A stretch of DNA of 64,000 bases, from the NCBI GenBank assembly GCA_016180645.1, contig JACPAV010000008.1, positions 1 to 64,000 of the forward strand, given 5' to 3'. Each line of letters opens with the position of its first letter. The stretch's first letter is position 1. Origin of the DNA: Nitrospirota bacterium. Lineage in GTDB: Bacteria; JACPQY01. The notes below the pieces were generated by a model. It saw only the letters and a program-made list of their open reading frames with translations, was not told the DNA's origin and did not search any database. Below, piece by piece: positions 10,083-19,936 of the stretch. The position numbers and the translations under genes are program-made.

Positions 10083-10132
10083 CCGCAGGCTTTAGCCTGC
10101 GCTTGAAGACGCAGCCTAAAGACTGCGCCTAC
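10079..10132. repeat. GTAG-REP doublet, family 2; supplies the queC stop codon
   Basis: GTAGCCGCAGGCTTTAGCCTGCG...CGCAGCCTAAAGACTGCGCCTAC. Confidence 0.85.
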
Positions 10133-10160
10133 CGAGGCAAGCGATGCAGGGGGTAGCGGG

Positions 10161-10907
10161 GTGAAAATCAGCGAGATCTTCGCCTCCATCCAGGGCGAAG
10201 GAAAACTGGCCGGCAAGCCGTCCGTCTTCGTTCGAACCAGCTTCTGCAACCTCCGCTGCCGGTGGTGCGACACCCCCTACACAAGCTGGGAGCCCGAATT
10301 CGTGACCCGTGACACGTCTCTCGTGCTCCAAGAGGTCCTGGACCTGTGCCGAACGAAGGGCATTCGCCACGCGGTCATCACCGGTGGAGAGCCCTTCCTC
10401 CAAGCCCACGATCTCGCCTCGATCAGTTCCGATCTAAGGCATGAGGGAATCCATGTAACCATCGAGACTAACGGTACTATATTCTATCCAGCTCAAGCCG
10501 ACTTGTTCTCAGTCAGTCCGAAGCTCCGCGGCTCCGTGCCCCAGCCGCCATCATCATCGAACGGCGATTCCGCACCCATCCATTGGCATGATCGTCTCCG
10601 GCTCAACGCGGATGCGCTTAAGATGTTTATCGCTCACGCAGGCGCAAATGGAGCTTCGACGCTCGAATTGACCAACCGGATCCAATTCAAGTTCGTGGTG
10701 GAGGCCGACCGTGATCTGGATGAAATCGATTTTCTCTCCCGCACACTTCCCATTGATCCGCGGCTTATCCTCCTGATGCCGCAGGTCACAACCCAACCCG
10801 ACATCGAGATCGCCTATACCCATGTCCGGCGCATGTGCGAACGTTCGGGGTACGGCTTCTCGCCGCGCCTGCACATCGAGAGATTCGGGAACGTCCGCGC
10901 CCACTGA
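10161..10907 (+). CDS. queE: 7-carboxy-7-deazaguanine synthase (radical SAM)
   Basis: EIFASIQGEG, FVRTSFCNLRCRWCDTPY, ITGGEP, IETNGT, SPRLH. Confidence 0.93.
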   Translation: MKISEIFASIQGEGKLAGKPSVFVRTSFCNLRCRWCDTPYTSWEPEFVTRDTSLVLQEVLDLCRTKGIRHAVITGGEPFLQAHDLASISSDLRHEGIHVTIETNGTIFYPAQADLFSVSPKLRGSVPQPPSSSNGDSAPIHWHDRLRLNADALKMFIAHAGANGASTLELTNRIQFKFVVEADRDLDEIDFLSRTLPIDPRLILLMPQVTTQPDIEIAYTHVRRMCERSGYGFSPRLHIERFGNVRAH

Positions 10908-10919
10908 GAGACTGCTTTG

Positions 10920-10948
10920 TTGACTCATGAGGTAATCTTAAATACACT
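10920..10948 (+). promoter_or_regulatory. Putative sigma70 promoter, leaderless
   Basis: TTGACT-N17-TACACT, 6 nt before ATG 10955. Confidence 0.55.
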
Positions 10949-10954
10949 CCCCGA

Positions 10955-11695
10955 ATGACCGGCCCCGAATCCACGAAAGCACCCGCATCGCCCGAGACCA
11001 GGAGGCAGTACGTCAACTTCAGGTTCCTTCGGTTGGACCCCGCTTTTCGAAGGCTTCCGCCCGCCCAGCGCAAGAAGGGAAAGCAGGAGTTCCTCGGCGT
11101 GTGCGGCCGCTGGGACAAACGCATGATGGTCTATTCGTATTCCACGGTTGGGATTAGGGCCGATTGCGATCTCATGCTCTGGCGCATCTCCTATCGTCTG
11201 GAAGATTTCCAGGAGATGTCCTCTGAAATCTTTTCGACGGGCCTGGGGAAGTATCTGACTCCTTCGTACTCCTATCTGGCCATGACCAGCCGTTCAACCT
11301 ACGTCAAGGAACATTCCCATGAAGACGGCCACGCCAGCCGACTGGAAATCATTCCGGCACAATACAAATATCTCTTTGTTTATCCCTTCACCAAGACACC
11401 CGACTGGTATCTCCTGCCCTTCGAGGAACGGCAGAAAATGATGGACGCCCATTTCGCGTACGGCCACAAATACCCCTCCGTCAAGGTCAACACGACATAT
11501 TCGTTCGGGCTGGACGACCAGGAGTTCGTCGTCGCCTTCGAGACCAACAAACCGGGAGATTTCCTGGATCTCGTGATGGAAATGCGGGCCACCGCCGTTC
11601 GCAAGTACACCCTCAAAGACACGCCCATCTTCACGTGCGTCAAGGAGGAGCTTCCGACCATCGCGGACCTTCTGGACTCCGGCGCCCGCTCCTAG
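10955..11695 (+). CDS. Chlorite dismutase family protein, probably coproheme decarboxylase (ChdC/HemQ-like)
   Basis: YPFTK..WYLLPFEERQKMM..H...GLDDQEFVVAFE; YP motif present; Cld distal Arg apparently absent. Confidence 0.8.
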   Translation: MTGPESTKAPASPETRRQYVNFRFLRLDPAFRRLPPAQRKKGKQEFLGVCGRWDKRMMVYSYSTVGIRADCDLMLWRISYRLEDFQEMSSEIFSTGLGKYLTPSYSYLAMTSRSTYVKEHSHEDGHASRLEIIPAQYKYLFVYPFTKTPDWYLLPFEERQKMMDAHFAYGHKYPSVKVNTTYSFGLDDQEFVVAFETNKPGDFLDLVMEMRATAVRKYTLKDTPIFTCVKEELPTIADLLDSGARS

Positions 11696-11730
11696 TATTC
11701 TCACACCGGCCCCGCGTCCGGGGTCGGCCG

Positions 11731-12486
11731 ATGCAAGAAGACATCACGCTCCTGCAACGCGGAACGACGGCGTTCCATCTCCGTCGCGGATGGGAGGATA
11801 TCGCCCAAGTCATCCCCCTTCCCGCCTTATGGAACCAGCATCGCGGAGAAGCACTGGCGTTTCCCGCGCAAAACGGGACCGTACGAGCCAAGCGTAAATG
11901 CCGCGGCGGCCTTCTCGCGCCCTTGCTTCCGGACCTTTATCCCCCATGGAGGGTCGATGCGCTGCTCGCCCGCTACTCGGAAGCCTACCGAAGAGGCTTG
12001 CCCTCGGCGCGGCTTGTGGGAGTGGTTTCAGAGCCGGCGGGTCCGCTCATCGTCCGCCTGGCCGTCATCACGGAGGAAATCGCGCCGGCCGAAACGCTCT
12101 CCCAGAGGCTCGCGTCGGGCCGTGCCTCCGAAAAAGACATGATCGCCCTCGGAGGGGAGGTCCGCTCGTTGCACCGCGCCGGATTCCTCCACGGCGACTT
12201 GAATACGATGAATGTGATCATGCCTTCCCAGGACCGCCCGACCCGACTCCTCGATCTCGACGACGCCCGGTATACCGCCGGCCCGGCTCCCTCCTCCGCC
12301 TCCGAAAAAGAAATCATCCGGCTCGCGCGCTCCATCGTGAAAGGGATGCACGCGTCGGACATTTCTTCCCCTGACCCTCTTGCGCGGAGCCTCTTCCGAG
12401 GCTATGCGGATGGCGCCGACGACCGGGTCGAAGCCCTTGCGAAGAAATTGGCCGCGACCGTTCGGTTCAGGCGGATCTTCTGGTAG
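11731..12486 (+). CDS. Lipopolysaccharide/Kdo kinase family protein
   Basis: KCRGGLLA, LHRAGFLHGDLNTMNV, LLDLDDA, RLARS motifs. Confidence 0.7.
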   Translation: MQEDITLLQRGTTAFHLRRGWEDIAQVIPLPALWNQHRGEALAFPAQNGTVRAKRKCRGGLLAPLLPDLYPPWRVDALLARYSEAYRRGLPSARLVGVVSEPAGPLIVRLAVITEEIAPAETLSQRLASGRASEKDMIALGGEVRSLHRAGFLHGDLNTMNVIMPSQDRPTRLLDLDDARYTAGPAPSSASEKEIIRLARSIVKGMHASDISSPDPLARSLFRGYADGADDRVEALAKKLAATVRFRRIFW

Positions 12487-12601
12487 GACGCCGCCCCCCC
12501 CCTTCGGGGGAAGGCCGCTCCGGCCGGGATGCGGCGCCGACGGCTCCGGTTCATTGAAGCATTGAGCACGGAAGGCGTTTGTGGTACGGGTACAGACAGC
12601 C

Positions 12602-13369
12602 ATGTGGACACGCACGTTCCTCGTAATTCTGTGCCTGCTCACCCTCCCCCCGGCGTTCGCCGAAGAGCTTACCGTCGATCACATCGTCGAGCGAGCCAAG
12701 CAGAATGAATTTCCGGACAACATGAGCGCCACGATCAAGATGGTTCTCCGGGACAAGGAAGGCAACGAACGACTGCGCGAGTTCCAGATCAAGCGGCGGG
12801 GTCAAGGCGATGACGGCGATGCCGTGATCCGCTTTGTGGCCCCGCCCGAGGTCGAAGGCACCGCTTTTCTCATGAAGAAGGAGAAAGACAAGGACGCCGA
12901 GATCTACATGTTCATTCCCGAGTTGAAACGTACCCGGCGCATCGCCGGTGCCGAGAGCAATCGAAGTTTCGTGGGGAGCGACTTTTCCTATTCCGACATT
13001 CAACTCTCGCATTTTTCAAAGGGAACACATCGGAACCTCAGGTCGGAGGCCATCGATGGCGCCGACTGCCACGTGGTTGAATCTTCCATTCCGAAAACAG
13101 AGGACGAGCCCTACGACCGGATCGTCGCGTGGATCCGGAAGGACAATTTCCTCCCGGTCCAGGTTCTTTTCTACAGCGGTTCCGATCAGCCGAAGAAAAA
13201 GTTCACCATCCAGAAGTTTGAGAAGCAGGGGCAGACGCTGGTGGTCACCGATAGCACCATGCAAACGGTGCAGAAGGGACACACCACCCAGATGCAACTG
13301 CGCGATCTGAAGCTGGGCGCCCCTCTCAAGGATTCCGAGTTCACCCTGCGCGCGCTTGAGCGCGGGTAA
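12602..13369 (+). CDS. Outer membrane lipoprotein-sorting (LolA-like) protein
   Basis: Signal peptide; F..PPEVEGTAFL, YMFIPELKRTRRIA, SFVGSDFSYSD. Confidence 0.8.
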   Translation: MWTRTFLVILCLLTLPPAFAEELTVDHIVERAKQNEFPDNMSATIKMVLRDKEGNERLREFQIKRRGQGDDGDAVIRFVAPPEVEGTAFLMKKEKDKDAEIYMFIPELKRTRRIAGAESNRSFVGSDFSYSDIQLSHFSKGTHRNLRSEAIDGADCHVVESSIPKTEDEPYDRIVAWIRKDNFLPVQVLFYSGSDQPKKKFTIQKFEKQGQTLVVTDSTMQTVQKGHTTQMQLRDLKLGAPLKDSEFTLRALERG

Positions 13370-14931
13370 TGATCTCCGCGGAGCCTAAAGGCTCCGCAAC
13401 GCAATTGGGAAACCGTCATCGACCCTTCCAGGCATCACACGCAGCCATCGGTTTCCGGCCGGCCGGCTTCCTGTTCATGGCCGTCCTCGGTTCGCTCGCG
13501 CTTCCCGTTACTGGAAGCGCCGTGGAGGCCCGGCTGAAAGGCTACGCGAAAACCGCACTATCGAGAGATCTTCGCGACGATTCCCCACGGGAGGACTACT
13601 CCCAGAACGCCGCAAAAGTCTTCGCCGAGGCGAAGCTCAATGCGGGCGAATCGTCCTCCCTCGTCCTTTCGGGGAAGCTGCGATACGACGTCTTTCTCTC
13701 GCGCCGGCTGGATCCCAAGACCGAAGGCGCGGTCGAGGCCGGCCTCCACGAGTTGTATGGCGACTTCTCCCGCGGCGACCTGGATGCGCGCATCGGCTAC
13801 CAGACGATGACCTGGGCCGAGAACCTTTTGCTCAGCCCCATCGACACGTTGAATCCGCCCGACATCCGCACCCTTCTCGATCCGGATTCCGACGAACTCA
13901 AGCTTCCGCTCCTAGCGGCGAAACTCCAATACTACCCTCTGCCGGACCTCAAGCTTGAAGGGGTCTGGATCCCTTTTTTCCGCGAGGCTGGATTCGATCT
14001 CTTTGCGCGCGATCAGGCGATGCTGAAACACGAAACCATCACCGTCGAGGCACCCGGGGAGCTGTTGATCCTGGGCGACGACCCCCAGTCGATCTTCCGC
14101 GACCCCCAGCTGCAGCACCGCGCCAACAGCGTCTTCAAGGCCACCGACTTTCCGGAGGACGATCTTTCCGCAAGCGAGCTGGGCGCACGGGCGACCTTCT
14201 CGCTCGATCCTCTGAGCGCCGCCGCGTCCTACTTCTACACGCACGACGATCTCCCCGCCGTGGATGCGAATCCGGCCCTGGTCCGGTTCATCAAGGACGC
14301 CTTCATCAGCCAGACCGAACTCCTTCAGATCACCCAGATGGAGGACCCCTTCCGGATGACTTTTCCCCGCCACCATGAAGCGGGGATCTCGCTCAATGCC
14401 ACCCTCCTCGACACCAACCTCGGGATGGACACGCTATACACCAGCCGGAGAGCCGTGTATGACCGGGACCTTGCACGATTCGATCGCGCGGATTTCACGT
14501 TCGGAGTGGGCGGCGATCGCGTGCTCTTCAGCAATCACGTGATGATCGGTCTGGAAGCCCTGGGCGTCTGGTTCCCCGACCTCCCGAAACAGAAACTGTC
14601 CGGCGCCGACCTGGTCCCCGTGGACCTTCTCCTGATCCGAAACCCCCTCTACACCGTGATCGGGTTGGCGCGCCTCATGCTTCTCGACGAGGACCTCACG
14701 ATCGAGGCGCGCGCTCTGGCGCTGCCCTCCTTCGGCGAGTCGCTTTGGACGCCGAGGTGCGAGTATACCTTCTCCGACCAGTGGAAGGCTTTTGCCGCTG
14801 CCACCTATTTCGTCGGAAAACCGGGAAAGCTCCTGGGGGTGGGCGAGAACGACCCCCTCCCCGATCTCCACCCCATCGGGTATCTGAAGGAAAATTCCAA
14901 TCTGATCCTCGGACTCAAGTACCTTTTCTGA
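13369..14931 (+). CDS. Putative outer membrane beta-barrel protein (DUF1302-like)
   Basis: ELYGDF...RIGYQTMTW...PIDTLNPPD; C-terminal LKYLF; next to the LolA-like gene. Start may be later. Confidence 0.6.
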   Translation: MISAEPKGSATQLGNRHRPFQASHAAIGFRPAGFLFMAVLGSLALPVTGSAVEARLKGYAKTALSRDLRDDSPREDYSQNAAKVFAEAKLNAGESSSLVLSGKLRYDVFLSRRLDPKTEGAVEAGLHELYGDFSRGDLDARIGYQTMTWAENLLLSPIDTLNPPDIRTLLDPDSDELKLPLLAAKLQYYPLPDLKLEGVWIPFFREAGFDLFARDQAMLKHETITVEAPGELLILGDDPQSIFRDPQLQHRANSVFKATDFPEDDLSASELGARATFSLDPLSAAASYFYTHDDLPAVDANPALVRFIKDAFISQTELLQITQMEDPFRMTFPRHHEAGISLNATLLDTNLGMDTLYTSRRAVYDRDLARFDRADFTFGVGGDRVLFSNHVMIGLEALGVWFPDLPKQKLSGADLVPVDLLLIRNPLYTVIGLARLMLLDEDLTIEARALALPSFGESLWTPRCEYTFSDQWKAFAAATYFVGKPGKLLGVGENDPLPDLHPIGYLKENSNLILGLKYLF

Positions 14932-15001
14932 ACCTGACACTTTGAGGCGGCCGCCTCTTGTCGTCAGGTTCACAGAAGATCGAGGCGTGAGTAGAGGTTT
15001 C

Positions 15002-15259
15002 CTACATCCGCAATTCTTCGAGACGCTCCGCGAAACGGTCGAGATTGCGTCGCAGGCGGGTTTCCACGTCGTGCCCGAGGTCGATCAGGTTGTCCGCGAG
15101 GCGGACTCCGCGGGAGAGAATATCGATGGCCACGTGGATGGGCTCTGGAAGCAGATCCGCGGCTGCGCGGTCCCAGGAGAAACCGACCTCGCGTCCGAGC
15201 GCCCGGTCCTTGACGCGGCGCGAACCGGCGGATGGTTTTCGCTTTACCCCTTTATTCAT
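15002..15259 (-). CDS. Hypothetical small protein
   Basis: 85-aa ORF following the DGC gene, purine-rich upstream, helical C-terminus. Confidence 0.4.
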   Translation of the reverse strand: MNKGVKRKPSAGSRRVKDRALGREVGFSWDRAAADLLPEPIHVAIDILSRGVRLADNLIDLGHDVETRLRRNLDRFAERLEELRM

Positions 15260-15292
15260 CCCCTTCCCCCCTTTCGAACGGTCTACTCCATC

Positions 15293-16168
15293 TTACGCCG
15301 CCTTCTTCACTCTGTACATGGCCGCATCGGCCGCCCGGCAGAGGGACTCCTGGTCGTACGCGTCCACCCAGAAGACCGCCGTGCCGATGGAGGCGGACAC
15401 GGGGATCCACTGGCCCTCCGGCGACCGAACGGAGCGGTCCCGCCCGATCATCCATCTGAATCGCTGCGCGTATTGGTCGGCTCCGGGCCTCCGCGTTTCC
15501 ACGAGAATGACGGCAAACTCGTCTCCTCCGATGCGCGAGGGAAAATCGGCTCTCCTGCACGTCGCCTTCACGGCCTTCGCCACGGCCTGGATGTATCGAT
15601 CCCCCGTGACGTGCCCAAACGTATCGTTGATCTGCTTCATGCCGTCCGCATCCACATAGGCGAGCGCCAGCGGCCGCCGGTACCGCCTGGAGCGTGCCAC
15701 CTCCAGGGTCAGCGTTCGCCCAAATGCCCCTCGATTCCACAATCCCGTGAGCGGATCCATTTCAGAGGCGCGCCGCACTTCGTCCAGTTCCGCTTTCTCC
15801 CGCGCCGCCGCCATCACCCTTGCCGCGAGCTCCCTCGGATCGAACGGCTTGCTGACGTAGTCCACCGCCCCGCTCCCCAGTCCCTTGAGCCGGTTCTCCG
15901 TGGACGACAAAGCGGAGAGAAAGATCACCCTCGGATGGTCGGGAGTCGCCAGGATCTGCCGAAGCACCGTGTACCCATCCACATCGGGCAGCATGACGTC
16001 CAGCACAATGACGTCGAACTTGCCGTTTCGAATTTGTTCAAGCGCCGATCGGCCGTCTCTTGCCTCCCCCACCATCCAGCCCGACCCCTTGAGGCGTGTC
16101 ACCACCGTCTGGAGGACGTCCGGATCATCGTCCACCACGAGGACCTTCCCGGACTGAACGTTTTTCAC
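15293..16168 (-). CDS. Response regulator diguanylate cyclase (REC-GGDEF)
   Basis: REC domain; DPLTGLWNR, NDTFGH..GD, RRAD I-site, GGDEF. Confidence 0.92.
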   Translation of the reverse strand: MKNVQSGKVLVVDDDPDVLQTVVTRLKGSGWMVGEARDGRSALEQIRNGKFDVIVLDVMLPDVDGYTVLRQILATPDHPRVIFLSALSSTENRLKGLGSGAVDYVSKPFDPRELAARVMAAAREKAELDEVRRASEMDPLTGLWNRGAFGRTLTLEVARSRRYRRPLALAYVDADGMKQINDTFGHVTGDRYIQAVAKAVKATCRRADFPSRIGGDEFAVILVETRRPGADQYAQRFRWMIGRDRSVRSPEGQWIPVSASIGTAVFWVDAYDQESLCRAADAAMYRVKKAA

Positions 16169-18063
16169 GTTCGTGCCTCCCCTGCCGCAACCGCTTCGAC
16201 CCGGGGATCGGACCCCACGAGAGGCAGGACCAGCGCAAACCTCGCCCCTCCGATCTCATCCGACAAGTTCTCAGCCCACACCTTTCCCCCTTGGGCCTCC
16301 ACGATCGCCCGGACGATGGACAGCCCCAAACCCGTGTGGGCTTTTTCTCCCGCTCCCTTCACCACGCCGAAGCGGTCGAAAATGCGGTCCATCGCATCCA
16401 TCGGGATGCCCGGCCCATCGTCCTCCACGGCCAAGTGCGCCTCCTGCCCCACACTCTCCAGCCGTACCGTGACGCGACTTCGGGCGAATCGAATCGCGTT
16501 GTCCACGAGATTCGACACGACCTGCGCCATGCGGTCCGGATCGATTTCCGATACGACCGAGGCATCGGGCAGGCGCAAATCCAGCGCCATCCCCGACTTT
16601 CCGACGAGCGATTGCAGGTCTTCCACGGCCAGTCGCACGGAATCCCGCAGATCCGTCCTCCGCCGGCGGAATTCCATCCGGCCCGCATCCATCTTGGAAA
16701 GGTCCAGAAGATTGTCAATCAACCGGGCCAGCCGCTTGGAGTTCCGCAGGGCGACCTTGAGCGCGCTCTTCTGCTCCTCGCTCACCGGACCCAGGAACCC
16801 ATCGAGAAGGTTCTCCGTAGATCCCTTGATGGCCGTCATCGGCGTCCGGAGTTCGTGCGAAACGGTGGATACAAACTCATCCTTGAGCCGGTCCACTTCC
16901 TGGAGCCGATCGTTGGCCGACCTCAGGTTCGCTCGAGCCCCATCCAGGTCCTCGATCAGGGACAGGAGGACATGCCGCACATCCTCCGCATCTTTGAGCC
17001 GCATCGCCCAGGATTCGGCGCCGTTGCCCGGCGCCTGCGGCTTCGCCAACACCATGGCCTGAGACTCGCCCTCGAGAAACCCGACGCCGCTGATCGTGAT
17101 GTGCAGCGGCGGATGCAGCCCCGAGTTGCCCGGCCAATGGATTTCCATGTCTTCCGTTCCCCCGGCTTTCGCCACAAAGGCAATCCGCTCACGAATCCTC
17201 GGCATGGCCGGGAAATCCGATGGGAAAGCCGAGGGGAGATCCCCGATGGAGCTTCCGGAGTTCGGAACGGCAAAGAAGGATATCCACGCCCGATTGCACG
17301 TGATCCGCCCCTCTGATGCGGAGGCCAGGAGCATCGCCGAAGGCAATTCGTCGAAGACCTTCTCGTAGAAGTGGCGCAGGGGGCGTTCCAAGGCCAGATG
17401 GATCCGATCCATCAAACGTTTCAGATGAACCGGTTTCTCCAGCACGAAATCCGCGCCACCGGGGTTGACGCCGGGAGATCCCGTCAGGACCCCCACGGGA
17501 CATCCGAAATCCAGGCAGAGTTTCCCGACCCACCCCGGGTCCGTCCGTCCCTCAAACACCGTTTCCGTGAGAACCACATCGAAACGTTCCCCCTCCGGAT
17601 CCGGAAGCTCCTCCGGGCGCCTGATCTTCATGACTTCGAACCCGTTTGATTCGAGGAGGATTTCCACCAGGGACGCAAGATCCGCATCCGGCTCCACGTG
17701 GAGCGCCCGCCGCCGGGGCAGCGTGGCCAACGCCTCGTCCACCGAGGCGTGCGCCGGCAGGATGTGGTCCATCTGCATGGCCGCGATCAGCTTCCGCAGG
17801 TGGCCCGGTCCCGCCACGAGTTTGAAATGATGAACGTGCGTTCCCCATTGCGAACGGTGCGCCTTCTTCAGCTCCAGGAGCAGCCCGACCACGTCCCAGT
17901 CGATGCTCCTGAGGGCGGAGAGATCCAGGATGATGAATTTCGATTCCTTGACCGCCGCGTGGAGCTGGGCGCGCACTTCGGTTCCGGCCATGAGATCCGT
18001 ATCGGTCGCCGGCGTGACGACCATGGCGCGATCCCGCTTCTCCACCGCGATGCCCGCCGTCAT
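16165..18063 (-). CDS. Histidine kinase: STAS, degenerate REC, PAS-like, HisKA, HATPase
   Basis: N-terminal STAS-like (IILDLSALRSID...SVDEAL); VSHELRTPM; NLVDNAIRF; DDGPGI; TGLGLSI. Confidence 0.85.
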   Translation of the reverse strand: MTAGIAVEKRDRAMVVTPATDTDLMAGTEVRAQLHAAVKESKFIILDLSALRSIDWDVVGLLLELKKAHRSQWGTHVHHFKLVAGPGHLRKLIAAMQMDHILPAHASVDEALATLPRRRALHVEPDADLASLVEILLESNGFEVMKIRRPEELPDPEGERFDVVLTETVFEGRTDPGWVGKLCLDFGCPVGVLTGSPGVNPGGADFVLEKPVHLKRLMDRIHLALERPLRHFYEKVFDELPSAMLLASASEGRITCNRAWISFFAVPNSGSSIGDLPSAFPSDFPAMPRIRERIAFVAKAGGTEDMEIHWPGNSGLHPPLHITISGVGFLEGESQAMVLAKPQAPGNGAESWAMRLKDAEDVRHVLLSLIEDLDGARANLRSANDRLQEVDRLKDEFVSTVSHELRTPMTAIKGSTENLLDGFLGPVSEEQKSALKVALRNSKRLARLIDNLLDLSKMDAGRMEFRRRRTDLRDSVRLAVEDLQSLVGKSGMALDLRLPDASVVSEIDPDRMAQVVSNLVDNAIRFARSRVTVRLESVGQEAHLAVEDDGPGIPMDAMDRIFDRFGVVKGAGEKAHTGLGLSIVRAIVEAQGGKVWAENLSDEIGGARFALVLPLVGSDPRVEAVAAGEART

Positions 18064-19064
18064 GTGCTCGGCCTCAACTTTGCCAATCGGCGTTCCAGCT
18101 CCCGCCGGGTTTCATCGGACAAACCGGGAGTCTGCACCCCGAGCCGACGCTCGTATTCGGCGATGCGCGATTTGAGCATGATGATCGCGTTCTCCCGTTC
18201 GAGGAAAAACTTTTGCAGGCGTTCCATTTCACCGAGGCGGAGTTGGAGGGCCATTCTCACCTCCACCAGCTCGCTGATATCCGTCACCACCAGCAGGCAC
18301 GCTTCGTACTTTCCCAGCTCGGTGTGGACGGCGCTGCCGGAGACCAGAACGGACCGCCCTCTCGCCCCGTTCCCCACGGGATTCCTAAGCCGTCCCTCGA
18401 AATTCACCGGCCCTGCCAACGGGGAATCCGCCACCTCCTGGCGGAAGGCCTGAACCCGCTTTCCCGTCGGCGCATCAAACAGATCGGCCACGTTCCGGCC
18501 CAGCAGATCGCCCGTGGAGACGCCCAGCATCCTCCCCGCGGCCTCGTTGGCGAAAGTGACGATCCCGAATACATCCACGAGCACGCACCCTTCGTTCATC
18601 GTGGCCAGAAGAGCGGCATGGACCCGTTGACTCGCCTCTCCGACATATCTCGCCTGGATCCCCTTTCGCCGGTCCGTCCGCGGCGCGTCCTGCCGCGCGC
18701 CCAACGTGTCCGTCACTACGGCCAGAAGTTCCTCCCTCATGCGGTCCTTCAGCAGATATCGTTCGGCCCCCTTCTTGAGCACGGACACTTCGAGGACCTC
18801 GTCTTCGCGCCCCGTCAGGATGATGACCGGCGTGGCGGGATGGTCCCTTCTCAGATCATCCAGGAGCCGAAGACTGTTCGAATCCGGCAGGCCGTGATCC
18901 AGCAGAATCAGGTCGAACCGTTCCGCCGCCAACCGTTCCCGCGCCGCTTGGGCATCTGGAGCCCACGCCACCGGATATTGGGCCACCGGGAGGAACTCCC
19001 GCGCGAGACGGACATCATCCTCGTTGTCTTCCACGTACAGAATCCAGGACCGCGCGGCAGGCAT
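18060..19064 (-). CDS. Response regulator REC-PAS-coiled coil
   Basis: ILYVEDNEDD, LILLDHGLPD, PAS (GIVTFANEAAGRMLG); ATG 19064 overlaps the upstream TGA. Confidence 0.8.
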   Translation of the reverse strand: MPAARSWILYVEDNEDDVRLAREFLPVAQYPVAWAPDAQAARERLAAERFDLILLDHGLPDSNSLRLLDDLRRDHPATPVIILTGREDEVLEVSVLKKGAERYLLKDRMREELLAVVTDTLGARQDAPRTDRRKGIQARYVGEASQRVHAALLATMNEGCVLVDVFGIVTFANEAAGRMLGVSTGDLLGRNVADLFDAPTGKRVQAFRQEVADSPLAGPVNFEGRLRNPVGNGARGRSVLVSGSAVHTELGKYEACLLVVTDISELVEVRMALQLRLGEMERLQKFFLERENAIIMLKSRIAEYERRLGVQTPGLSDETRRELERRLAKLRPST

Positions 19065-19936
19065 CACGCTCCCCCCATCACCGTCTGGCCCGCCATGAAG
19101 GGAAGCCAGAACGAGAGCTTCCGGACGGTCGATTGGAACTCTTCGAAGCGCGCGGGTTTCGTCACGTACAGGCACGCCCCCCGCTCATACGATTGCCGGA
19201 TGTCCTCCTCCCGATCGCTGGTGCTGAAAATAACCACCGGGAGATCCCAGAGTCGCGGATTGGTCTTGATGCGATGCAGAACGTCCAGCCCATCCCGACG
19301 GGGTAGATGGAGGTCCAGCACGACCAACGACGGGCGCCTTGCCTGCGCGTAGACGCCTTCCTTCAAGAGATAACTCATCGCTTCATCCCCATCCTTGATG
19401 AACCGGCAGGACGCCTCCCATCGTGCCCCCGCGAGGGCTTCGCGAAACAGAAGGACATCGTCGTCGTTGTCCTCAACGATGAGAATCTCACCCCCGGTCT
19501 CCTCGCCCGTGCCGGCCGCCTTCAGGGCGGCGCCATCCCTCAGATGCAAACGCAGAGCCTCGCGGAGCACGGCCGGGCTGAGCGGTTTCATGAGATAAGC
19601 ATCGGCCCCCATCTCGATCCCCTGCTCCACCCAGCGAGAGTCCGACAAACCGGTCAGGACCAGCTTCGGCAAGCGGCTCAATTCCGGGTCTTTCCGCATG
19701 TACTGGAGCACCTCAAATCCCGTGACTTTCGGGAGTCCGAGATCGAGAAGCACGAGGTCGGGCGTCGGCGCTTCCTTGTACTTGCCATGCTTCATGAGAA
19801 ATCGCAGGGCCTCCAGACCGTCCCGCGCGATGTGCAGGGACACCGTCAGCCGGCTGTCCGCCAACATCTCTTTGAGGCAGACGACATCGTCTTCGTTGTC
19901 TTCCGCCAGCAACACGTGAAGCCCTTCATTCCGCAC
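19064..19936 (-). CDS. Tandem double-REC response regulator (Rcp1-like)
   Basis: Two REC domains (LLAEDNEDD..LLDLGLP; ILIVEDNDDD..LDLHLP..STSDREEDI). Confidence 0.85.
   Translation of the reverse strand: MRNEGLHVLLAEDNEDDVVCLKEMLADSRLTVSLHIARDGLEALRFLMKHGKYKEAPTPDLVLLDLGLPKVTGFEVLQYMRKDPELSRLPKLVLTGLSDSRWVEQGIEMGADAYLMKPLSPAVLREALRLHLRDGAALKAAGTGEETGGEILIVEDNDDDVLLFREALAGARWEASCRFIKDGDEAMSYLLKEGVYAQARRPSLVVLDLHLPRRDGLDVLHRIKTNPRLWDLPVVIFSTSDREEDIRQSYERGACLYVTKPARFEEFQSTVRKLSFWLPFMAGQTVMGGA

Noticed and set aside
9393-10907. Dpd (7-deazaguanine DNA modification) defence island
   Set aside because: No dpdA/tgt-like or other dpd genes nearby; the context is housekeeping queuosine synthesis.
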